A model generated the notes under the pieces. The model was given only the letters and a program-made list of their open reading frames with translations. It searched no databases and had not been told where the DNA came from. A program made the translations under genes and the position numbers. Below, in pieces: positions 23,718 to 34,390 of a stretch of 64,000 nt of DNA. Every line of letters starts with the position of its first letter. The first letter of the stretch is position 1. This stretch comes from Euprymna scolopes. Its lineage: Eukaryota. Location: the NCBI GenBank assembly GCA_053919585.1, contig CM132804.1; one strand, 5' to 3'.

Positions 23718-24067
23718 GCTCATATTTGGGCTTGAAAATGAATTCCCTGGAAAGTATGCATGCTAATTGAAGAGTGGAGTTTAATATGTATTAAACAAGT
23801 TCGACGACTTTTTAATAAAACAAAGTTTTTTAAATAAAAAGTAAAATGACTTTAATATAAAAAAAGAAACTCTAAAACTGTTCTCAAAAATGAAAATGAA
23901 AGAAAAACTAAATAATTAAATAAAAAAAGATGATTAAAAGTTTGTTTCTTAATTTAAAAATTGTACTAAAAACTTTCGTAGAACTCGTTTAATAAATATT
24001 ACATTTCACTTTGCAATTTGCGTCGCATGCTTTTCCAGAGAATTCATTGTCAAGCCCAAATATGAGC
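23718..24067. mobile_element. MITE/fold-back element
   Basis: gctcatatttgggcttgaaaatgaattc ... gaattcattgtcaagcccaaatatgagc; imperfect arms extend beyond 100 bp. Confidence 0.8.
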
Positions 24068-24610
24068 ATTTTTTTTTCATTTGAACAAAAATTAAAATAA
24101 GTTTCTTCACAGAAAGTAATAAGAAAAATCAAACTTACGAAATACGGAGCTAAAGCGGCTCAGAGTGGGTGCTCTCTGTACGCTAACGTCTTAATAAAAC
24201 AGCGATATCTCCCTCAAATCAGCGACGACATATCCAACAGCGCCGGCAAAAGTAATAGCTGTTGACTTGTGATAAGTGCTTTTGTCAAAGTTGTATTGCT
24301 TTATTTACAAAGCCATTCGGCGGAAGTTACGTCAGACAAATTTTAAGGTTTGGATGACCAACACTATATATAATTTAACTTTTTAACCAAACATAAAAAT
24401 ATAAGTTTTGGTAAATTTTTACTTGATTTCCACTCTAACATTTTCCTTTAAAATGAATACTTTTAAAAGCTTACGGGTATGCTGAAAACGAATATCGCAT
24501 TTAAATTTTCCATAAATAGGGAGTTTTTCGGATTTTAAGCAATGTAATTCTTTATGTTAAAAGTGGTGGCTATTGTTGTACGTACACGCACGCATATTTG
24601 TGCCATAATA

Positions 24611-26343
24611 TTTTTTTTACACAGTGGTCACCACTTATCAAGGCCCAGAAGCCACTCAGGGATAAGGGTTATGGCAAGTACAGTACGTTAGTGTGGAGAT
24701 TTAATGAAGTGTTTACTTAAGAGGGCGGTTCATTAGGAATTTGTTAACGTTGGACTTGAAGACATCCAAGTTGTAGTCAGGTGGGAAGCAGGCAGACGGA
24801 ACAGAGTTCCACAGGCGTGCAGTTCTAAGTAAGAAGCTTTGTTCATGGAATTCACGTTTTGATTTAGGCACAGATAAAGACTGGGGGAAATTTTTCACAG
24901 TGCATTCAGCTAGACGGGTGTTTTTTCGTAAAAGATTGGCGAGGGGGGACCAGAGATTGGAGTTAAGATGAGCACCTGCCATGGAAATAACGATAAAACA
25001 AGGATAGGCTCGCAACGTCTCTTCTGTGGGAGAGAGGTTGCAGGGTAGAGAAAAGGGCATCCCCCAATAAGCCACGAAGTCTATTTTGTACTCTGTCAAG
25101 GCAGGATAGGCTGTTTTTAGCAGCTCTTGCCCAGATATGGCAGCAGTATTCCATCCTTGGATATACTTGGCTTTTATATAGATAGAGAATTGCATCAGTA
25201 ATGAGATATCTTCTGGAGCGATAGAAGGATCCCACCATCTTTTCAGTGACCTTGGCAACAGACTTGATGAAGCTTGTCAAAACACGGGGCTTCTCCTAGA
25301 CGAGAACCATCCATTTCAATTGATGCCAGATGGGGATCAGAGCGTTGATGATGTAAAGATAGGAGCTTGGTTTTAGATGCATTAAAGGTAATCAGCCACG
25401 CGTTCCCCCACTGAACCACGCGCTCAAGATCAGAGGAGAGAGAATCAGAGAGAACTTTGTCATTTATAGCCTTTGATGTGTTGCCGTAGATGGTCGTGTC
25501 ATCAGCATAGATGTCAACGAATGATTTAAGTATGTCTTTAGGGAGGTCATTGATGTAGATCAGGAAGAGAGTTGGGCCCAGGATTGACCCTTGAGAGACT
25601 TCAGCATTAATACTGAAGGCCTCTGATTTCTGTCCATCGACCACTACTCTTATGAACCTATCGGAGAGAAATGATTTAATGATTGAGAAAACATTTCCAG
25701 TTATACCGTAGCTGGAAATCTTGTGAAGTAGACCCTTATGTCATACCTTGTCGAAGGCCTTTGATATGTCAAGAGCAATTGCCCTTGAAAGGAAGCCTTT
25801 GTCAAGAGATTCACTAATCCTGTGAGATATAACCATTAGCACATATGCGGTTGATCTTGCAGAACGGAAACCATATTGTGTGTCACTAAGAAGGTTGTTT
25901 CTGCTGAGGTGGTTCACTATTTCTCTATTTAATATGGATTCCAGCAACTTACTCATAACACACAGGAGACTTATTGGTCTGTACTGAGAGGGAGATGACT
26001 TTTCACCTGAATTCTTAAATACAGGGCATCCGGATGAGGTTTTCCAGGGTGTTGGAAAGCACTTCTCCTTAAGGCAACGCTTAAACAGTTTTGTAAGTAT
26101 GGGGGCAAGTTCTGGTCGAAGCCTTTTTAACCCTATAATTGGGATGCCGTCAGGGCCAGTTGCTTTACTGGAATCAAGGTTCTTGATTAGCTTGGCGACC
26201 TCATGCATGGATATTTGTGTGTTATCTTGCGTGTTCTGTGTTATAGGAGGAAATATGGGGAGTTGATGGCCTTCGTCGCATAGGGTAGAATTAGCTGCAA
26301 AGTTCTTTGCAAATAGTCTGGCCTTGTCTGATGCTGATAATTA
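24611..26343 (-). mobile_element. 5'-truncated CR1/L2-group LINE family B, RT pseudogene
   Basis: KATGPDGIP, YRPISLL, QYGFR, LDISKAFDKV, QGSILGPTLF, YADD, MEYCCHIW across frameshifted ORFs; poly(A) tail at 24611-24618. Confidence 0.95.
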
Positions 26344-26609
26344 TACTCACTATTTCAATAGCAAGCCATGAAATATCCTGACCCTACGGGTCATATGTGG
26401 TTTAGTTTTATTTTAAAATTTAAAATACGTATTTTATTTTTATAATGTTAAATACGTATGAAATACGTTTGTAAGCCAAATTATAAAGTAATATTTCGTA
26501 AAATAAATATTTATGTGTTTGAAAATTGATATGTCAGCGATATTTGCTAACCAACGTATTTCCTGCATATTTTAATTATATATATATATGGGTGTGTATG
26601 TGTCTGTGT

Positions 26610-26642
<33 letters not shown>

Positions 26643-27015
26643 ACTGGTGGAGAGAAAAAGTGGGTACTGTAGGTAATGACAATGTGATATATGATAAAAA
26701 GCAGTGTTTGATAGAAAATTATACGAGAGCAAATCTATATAAATAGAACGACAATATTGATGAATTGAGTACTTCTCCATATTCAATATTCAACTAAAGT
26801 ATTGTCTTCAATAGAACGTGTTTGATGTTCAATTTCCTTCAATGACTTACTTTTCATGTCAAAAATGCGCAAAATTTCGAATATGGTACTGTGATTCATG
26901 TTTCGACTATTTCTGCAGAAAATTATTTAATATGATTTAGAAACTGCAATGTCTTGGCAGATTTTATATAAATAAAATATACTTGTTTTCCAACTCTTGG
27001 TGATATAGTTTCAGA

Positions 27016-27080
<65 letters not shown>

Positions 27081-27249
27081 ATAATATATATATATGTGTG
27101 TGAGGGGAGAGAGAGAAACCCATAAAACAACGGTCCGTAAATATCCAATCATTTGATGGCTCTAGCGCCGCTCTGTGACGTTTAGTTTCGGAGGAGATAG
27201 GGTTTGAAAATATGGAGACACACATACATATAGCCTTACATATATTAGA

Positions 27250-28026
27250 CTAGACAGGTTCTGTTCGGTCCCTATGTACTGTTCATAATTTTATGTGCAT
27301 ATGCTATATATAAATTAAAAATTTTGACTCATTTCCAGGAAACCTACATCTAAAATGTCAAGTGTTTAGACCCAAAATTGTCGGCGGAGTTTGCTAGAGT
27401 CTGCAAAGGGCCACTCTTTAAACTTTGACCTTTTTTGGCAGCCAAATTATAAAACTGATTAAATAGCTTAATGCATATTTGAATACCTGCTATGTAAAAA
27501 TTAAATGTTTAGACCCAAAAATTGGCTGAATAGTTTGCTAGAGAACGTAGAGGTCAGATCTTTTGAACTTTAATCTCTTGTCAGCAAAATTCTTGGCTAA
27601 AAACAGATTAAAGAGTCTGTCCCTATGTTTAAGTACACTTTATGTAAAAGTTCAAATGTTTAAATAAAAAATTGGCTAAGTAATTTGTTAGAGACCGCAG
27701 GAGTCAATTTTTGTTTAACTTTGATCCCAATTTTGACCCCTTAACGTTTATTGTTTTTGGCTCAAATTGAATTAAAAAGTTTGATCAATGTCCAAGTAAT
27801 GTACTTTTACAATTTCAAGTGTTTAGACCCAAAATTGGCGGAGGAGTTTGGTAGAGATTTCAAAGGTCAAATCGTTAGACTTTGACCAGTTGACAGCCGA
27901 ATTTCTGGCCAAAAACCGATTAACAAGATTTTCCCAAATTTCAATACTCCTTATTTCAAATCTTGAGTCTTTAGACTGAAAACTGACAGATTAGTTTGGT
28001 AGGGAAATGTACGCGCACAAACACAA
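27250..28026 (-). mobile_element. Helitron-like element with ~143-163-bp subrepeats (ends in gap)
   Basis: tttagaccc/tgaaaa motif at ~27365, 27508, 27659, 27822, 27970; homologous to 28933-29824. Confidence 0.7.
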
Positions 28027-28932
28027 NNNNNNNNNNNNNNNNNNNNNNNNNNNNNNNNNNNNNNNNNNNNNNNNNNNNNNNNNNNNNNNNNNNNNNNNNN
28101 NNNNNNNNNNNNNNNNNNNNNNNNNNNNNNNNNNNNNNNNNNNNNNNNNNNNNNNNNNNNNNNNNNNNNNNNNNNNNNNNNNNNNNNNNNNNNNNNNNNN
28201 NNNNNNNNNNNNAGAAAAACATAACAAGCGTAAACAATATATAATGAATAAAATCAAATGCAATTTCGACAAATAAAGTGTGAGTTATTCATCAGTTCGA
28301 CTACCAAGTGTGCATGACTTATGAATTACTTATGTGCTAACGCCGACAGACATTCTTACCGTATTTTTAATTCATTCATTATTATCTGTAGGGAAGACAA
28401 GACACATGTAAGTATATATAATACATACATACAAACATACATATATTATATTTTTATACATGAGTTATTACACACTTTAACTAAGTACGTTATTATTTTG
28501 TCGATGGCATGATAATGCAATAAAACACGAAATCAAAGTTTGATGTTCCAGCTTGAATGCTATTAACGTACAACTTCGAAATTCTAAAAATATAACTTTG
28601 GGCGATATAGATATGTGTACATTTATGATCCAGCAGAAGGGGGGTATAGGTGTGAAGTTTTGCATTTGGGTACGTATCTGTGTTAGTGTCTCCCTACGTG
28701 TGTGCATCTTTACTATCATATCAGTCAATCGGGGAGCGGATGAATGGCACATTTTTTTCTCGGAAATATTGTTTATTGGCCTGTAAATCTCATATTATAA
28801 AAAACGAAAAGAAAAAAATGGCTGATGATACCAACATCTAGACCGAGTTTTCTTGAACAACTTTCATTTGTCGTCACCAAAGACGCACTGCATCTTTTTC
28901 CGATTTTACCGAAATTCTAACAATATAGAATA

Positions 28933-29824
28933 CTAGTAGTCATGCCCGTCTTTGTGTGGGCCCTATGTGCTGCTCATAATTTGCCCTACGTGTCAGTACA
29001 CTTTATGTAAGATTTCAAATATTTAGACCAAAGATTGAGGAATTTCGTAGAGACTGCAGAGGTAAACTGTTTTTAACTTTGACCCCAATTTTTGCCCCAT
29101 TAACATTTATTATTTTGGTCCTGATTCCAAATACAAAGTTTGACCCATGTCTAAGTTACCTACAGCTAAAATTTCAAGTGTTTAGACCCAGAATTGGCGG
29201 AGAAATTTGTTAGAATCTACTAAGGTCAACTCTTTCAACTTTAACCTTTTGGCAGCCAAATTTTCGCCCGAAAACTTATTAAAATACTTGCCGCATGTCT
29301 GAATACGCGTTATGCATAAATTTGACATGTTTAGACCCAAAATTGGCTGAGTAGTTTGCTAGATATCGCAACATCAAATCTTTTGAACATTGCCCCATTG
29401 GCAGCTCAGATTTTCGACCCAAATACAATAAAAAAAAAAAAAAACTTACCCTATCACGGAATACTCTTTTTGTTAAACGTCAAATGTTTCTATTTTTACC
29501 TCGTAACATTTGGAGGGTGGGGGGACTTAAATCAAATTAAAACGTTTGATCCATGTCCAAGCAACATACATTTACAATTTCAAGTGTTTAGACACAAAAT
29601 TGGCGGAGGAGTTTGGTAGAGTTTTCAAAGGTCAAATCGTTGAACTTTGACCCCCTAACACCTAGATTTCTGGCCAAAAACCTATTAACAAGATTTTCCC
29701 AAATTTCAATACCTCTTATGTCAAATCCCGCGTCTCTAGACTGAAAATTGACAGAGTTATTTGGTAGGGAAATGTACACACACAGACAAACACACAGACA
29801 TTATCACTTTTATAGATATATAGA
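28933..29824 (-). mobile_element. Apparently complete non-autonomous Helitron-like element with satellite-like interior
   Basis: Minus strand starts A|TCTATATATCTATAAAA and ends with a weak GC hairpin + CTAG|T; about five internal subrepeats. Confidence 0.72.
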
Positions 29825-30224
29825 TTAACGCTTCAAACAAAACGAATCGAAACTGAAGTCACCTTAGATGACTGACTCTTGAAGAAATATTTAGTTCACA
29901 AGCGGCCTTCCTCCTGCTCCGAGAAATGGACGCTGTTGGGTTATAACAGTTCCTACAAGAAAGCATTGACCTCCTCGCACATAGAGCACTTGTTATTCCT
30001 AAATTGTCACCTATCCGGAACTAATAAAACTCAGCGTCGCTTACCGTCAATTATCTCACGAGAAGCGCCGTATCAATATGATTAATTTGAGGATTATGGT
30101 CGTTTAGTCGATAGTATTAAATTCTAATTGGGTTAAGGGTTGATATTTAAAAATGATTTGTTTTTGTGTGATGTAATAGAAATCCTTAAATTTATATTTT
30201 TACGTGGGAGTTGATGAAGAGATT

Positions 30225-30631
30225 CTGTTGTGAGAGGCCAGAACTCTTCAAGTCAATTAAGTAGCATTTCTATCAGGACAATGCTTCATTCGGCAACGCC
30301 ATCCTTGTCACAGACCAAGATAGACATCAAGACAGTTCCTCACTCTCTCTATAGTCCAGAATTTGCTCCCTGTGATTTTTGGTTATTCCCTAAGCTCAAG
30401 GAAAAATTTAGAGGCTGCATTATGTAAGAATTGAGATGAAAGATACTGTGAGGAAGGTTACTGGTATGTTCACCCAAGAAGATTCCTATGGAGTCGTCCA
30501 GTAGTTTTTGGAATGGTACAACCGGTGCATTGCAGACGGAGGCGATTACTTCGAAGGGGACGAGTTCCACGTGTGTACTTTCAATAAAAGTATCCATACG
30601 AAAAAATTCTGGAAACTTATTGAAGGCCCTT

Positions 30632-30633
<2 letters not shown>
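30225..30633 (+). mobile_element. mariner transposase 3' remnant
   Basis: FYQDNA, KTVPHSLYSPEFAPCDFWLFPKLKEK (YSPDLAP.D motif), [16 protein letters not shown]. Confidence 0.9.
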
Positions 30634-30717
<84 letters not shown>

Positions 30718-30824
30718 GGTTTGAGGTGTTCAAACGTCGGAACTAATGAAGATAACGAGGTTGTTAAACAGTACTCAATAAAAAGAGCAAAATATTTTTT
30801 TCTTTTTGATATCGAGAGGTTCTA

Positions 30825-30876
30825 GGTCGCCTGAGGAAGTCTCTTTGACTGAAACAGATGGCTATTTGTAGCGACC
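30825..30876 (+). ncRNA. Complete type I hammerhead ribozyme
   Basis: Stem I GGUCGC/GCGACC; core CUGAGGA; stem II AGUC-UCUUU-GACU; GAAA; stem III ACAGAU-GGCU-AUUUGU; GUA triplet, predicted cut after A30870. Confidence 0.9.
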
Positions 30877-30897
30877 ATATGTAACTGTTTACCCTCA

Positions 30898-30928
<31 letters not shown>

Positions 30929-31384
30929 ATGTGTGTGTTAGTCTGTCTCTTTGTTTCTGTATGTGTGTGTGGTTGCGTGTGTTTTTTTTGTGTTTCTAAT
31001 ATATGTTTCTTTTTCTTTGACAGTATCGATACACAAGCTCGTCATTAAACCCAGCACGGTCGCTGGGGCCAGCTTTTGTGACGAATAGATGGAGCAGTCA
31101 TTGGGTAAGTAGTATTTTCCGTACAATATATAACAGCCCAGCCATTTATATAAGTGTAACGGTAACCTCATCCTTCCTTATAGATCTAATAAGCATAACG
31201 GATGTTTCACTCTCTTTCCATCTCCCTCTTCTGTACACCTCCTTTTCGTCCTCTTCCATTTTCTCCCTTCGGATCCTCTTGTCGTTTAACCCATCTATCT
31301 TATTTTGTCTTTTAATCCTCTCTATCTTATTCTTTATTTAACCCTCTCTCGCTCGTCTCCTTTCTCTTTCTTCACCCTCGGCCC

Positions 31385-31442
<58 letters not shown>

Positions 31443-32295
31443 GAATGTTTATCTATCTTCTTCTTGTCAGCCTCATATTGTTTCTCTGTTGGGGAAATTT
31501 ACTTTCTTATTATAGTAGAAGGAGATAACATTCTGTGAATTAGCATTTATCACTAACCAGAATATAAACATAATTCCTAATGGAAATCGCTCCGGACAAG
31601 ACATACAGCCACTTTTTGTAACGAGCTAAAATGAATACTACTTAAATGTAAATGCTATCCAACGGTAAGTGTTAAATGGATAAATGTTGACATTCTACCT
31701 CCATTTGTCAGATACATCACTCATGAAATATTAGGACCAAAGGACAAAATAAGGGAAACGAAAATAATGAGGCTACCGAAAGTAAACTCAGGGTCGAGTT
31801 TCTACTCTCTCCATATGTGGATAGATGTTAATAGCAATAAACATTAAACCACATACATATTAACCGTTTAAATTATGATTTAGTCTTTTTCAATATTATT
31901 TACAAAATTATGATGATGGGGTTTATCTCCCTTGGTTGCGATTGTGTAAAAATTTGAATGGTGGAGATGATTCGATGAAGAGCGAATGACATAAATAAAG
32001 GACCAATAATAACTGATGATAGGAATCTAATTAGCAATTGTATGATAAACAAAAAATGTTCAAGTTAAATATAAAAGCATATATGTATGTGTCTGACTGT
32101 GTGTTGGGGGGGGGGTAACAAATACAAACATATCAGATCTGAATTAATTATTAAACGAAACTGTAGTTTTACTTCAACTAGAATTATTGACCCTGTGTGC
32201 GGAAATTCTAGTATATATTAAATATTAAAACGTTTAAACAGCAATACGTATTTAAAGCGAAATAAACTGTTTATGCCTTTTTATATGGTTTGTAA

Positions 32296-32987
32296 TCGAT
32301 ATATATATAAAAGCGAAAATTTGTGTATGTATGTATGTATGTATATTTGTATGTCTCTCAAAAACTTTCCACACGGGTTACGGATTTTGCCAGATTTGTA
32401 TCATTTTAAATTTCCAACCTTCCCCCGACAAATATCCAAAAATTGGCCAAAAGCATTAATTTCTCCACCCTGAAATCAGCAGTTCTCTATAGGTGGAGGG
32501 GGGTCAGCAAAAACCGTCCTCTCATGACGAGTTCGGTTCTACGCATGCGCAAATGACGTCGGAATCTAATTTAGTTTAAAGATTTAAATAAAACGACCTA
32601 ATTTCATGGTCGTCGTCTTAGCTCAGTTGCTTAGAGCGGCTTCATTATCTAAACGTTTTGGGTTCGAATCGTGGTGTGAGATGTCGATTTTTTAAATTTT
32701 AATATTGAAGCAGGGTTATTTAAGCCATTTTTCACGTTTTTTTGGGGGGAGGGCGTATTTTTCAGATTTTTTAACGTTCGTTTTTCTGTTTCGCGTTTTC
32801 TTTATTTGTTTTTCCGATTTTTACATTTAACATCGTTCGTTTGCCTTACGTTAGTTTTTTGTGTTTTTTTTTTCGAGTTTTTAAAGTTTTAAAATATTTA
32901 CTTCGCTTATTCTTATGCTTTCATTAACACCCCGCTCCAGCACACACACCTCTAAACACCCGGGCAACGCCGGGTACCCCCAGCTAG
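32296..32987 (+). mobile_element. Complete non-autonomous Helitron-like element carrying a tRNA-like segment
   Basis: A|TC.ATATATATATAAAA start; cccgg-gcaacg-ccggg hairpin (32959-32974) then CTAG|T; internal TAGCTCAGTTGC (32619) and GGGTTCGAATC (32660). Confidence 0.78.
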
Positions 32988-33129
32988 TAAATGGAAATGA
33001 TAAATCTATGACTTCATTCCCAAACTATTTTTCTAGCCTCATTTTTTAAAAAATCGCAGTAGCTCAGTTGGTAAATTGTCAAATTAAAAATCTGCTGTAT
33101 TAATTTTTTTTATTTTTTTATTTTTTTTG

Positions 33130-33215
33130 CAGACTGTTATCCTCATCTTTAGAGTTATTGTTGTTTCACCACGTTTCGGCCAATTTACCCTCTGGCCTTC
33201 TTCAGGTGGTTAACC
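33130..33215 (-). ncRNA. Family C minimal hammerhead with pLTR-like tail
   Basis: cac CUGAAGA a GGCCA-gaggguaaau-UGGCC GAA ACGU g gug; the triplet is GUG here, but GUC in the 21.5 and 21.7 kb copies. Confidence 0.7.
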
Positions 33216-33237
33216 ACGAAGGGAGAGAGATGCTGAA

Positions 33238-33787
33238 TTTTTACCTAAATGCGATTCGGGAATAATTTTCCCTTTAACCAATTTGGTACCCCCACATGGG
33301 GAGCGGCATATGCACTTTCGTAAATAATTGAATTCATTCAAGACATCGCAAAAAAACAAAAACAAATAACATATATCTAAATCGCGATATATCCGAACAG
33401 TCAGCGAGGTCGACGAGGGGTAAGGGTTTAGGCTTCTTACCATGGGGTCCTGATTTCGAATTTCGCTAGATTTAGCCACTCTGATGGGTCGTAGACGACG
33501 AAACACGTGTCGGTGGATAATTATATTTTAAAAATAATATATATGCCGCTCCCCATCTAGGCGTACCAATTGGTTAAAGGGAAAATTATTCCCAACTCGC
33601 ATTTAGGTAAAAATGCACTTTCGTAAATAATTGAATTCGTTCAAGACATATCGCAAAACACAAAAACAAATAACATATACGTATATCGCAATATATCCGA
33701 ACAGTCAGCGAGGTGGACGGAGGATAAGGGTTTAGGCTTCTTACCATGGGGTCCCGATTTCGAATCTAGCTGGATTCAGCCACGGCG
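33238..33787 (+). mobile_element. tRNA-head + HHR tandem repeat (family B), period 304 bp, with a 5' inverted segment; runs to the gap
   Basis: taagggtttaggcttcttaccatggggtcc.gatttcgaat at 33421 and 33725. HHR 33476-33516: CCACU CUGAUGG GUCG-UAGA-CGAC GAA ACACGUGU C GGUGG. Confidence 0.88.
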
Positions 33788-34051
33788 NNNNNNNNNNNNN
33801 NNNNNNNNNNNNNNNNNNNNNNNNNNNNNNNNNNNNNNNNNNNNNNNNNNNNNNNNNNNNNNNNNNNNNNNNNNNNNNNNNNNNNNNNNNNNNNNNNNNN
33901 NNNNNNNNNNNNNNNNNNNNNNNNNNNNNNNNNNNNNNNNNNNNNNNNNNNNNNTAGTATTGGTAACCTTAAGTAGGAGGAGTTTACATATATGCTTAAA
34001 AAAGGTTTCTTTTTTAAAGACTTTCAAGTAGTCTCAAATTTTTCATCAGGA

Positions 34052-34112
<61 letters not shown>

Positions 34113-34113
<1 letters not shown>

Positions 34114-34390
34114 CTACATTCCAAACATTTAATTCATACTATTGTCTATAATGCACATGGCTAGTACTCAATGTATAACCATTTGGGAATTCTAGGTATT
34201 ATAAATACTCTCCGCTTATCTCGGCATTGTTTCCAGTCATACTGAACCTCCACTTACTACTGATATTTAACAACGCAGACTCAAAAAAGCTGTGGTTGAA
34301 GAATGCGCAACTCTCGCAAAAAGATTTCTATGCGCAGGCACACTTATGCTGGGTGTCCATAGTCTGCCATGACTGAAGGAACCTACAGCA
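34113..34390 (+). mobile_element. 5S-derived SINE, decayed head plus body shared with 48121-48402
   Basis: tggctagtact...accatttgggaattctaggt (5S 3' half) followed by ctctccgcttatct.ggcattgtttc...tgcgcaactct...gactgaag.aa.cta. Confidence 0.75.
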
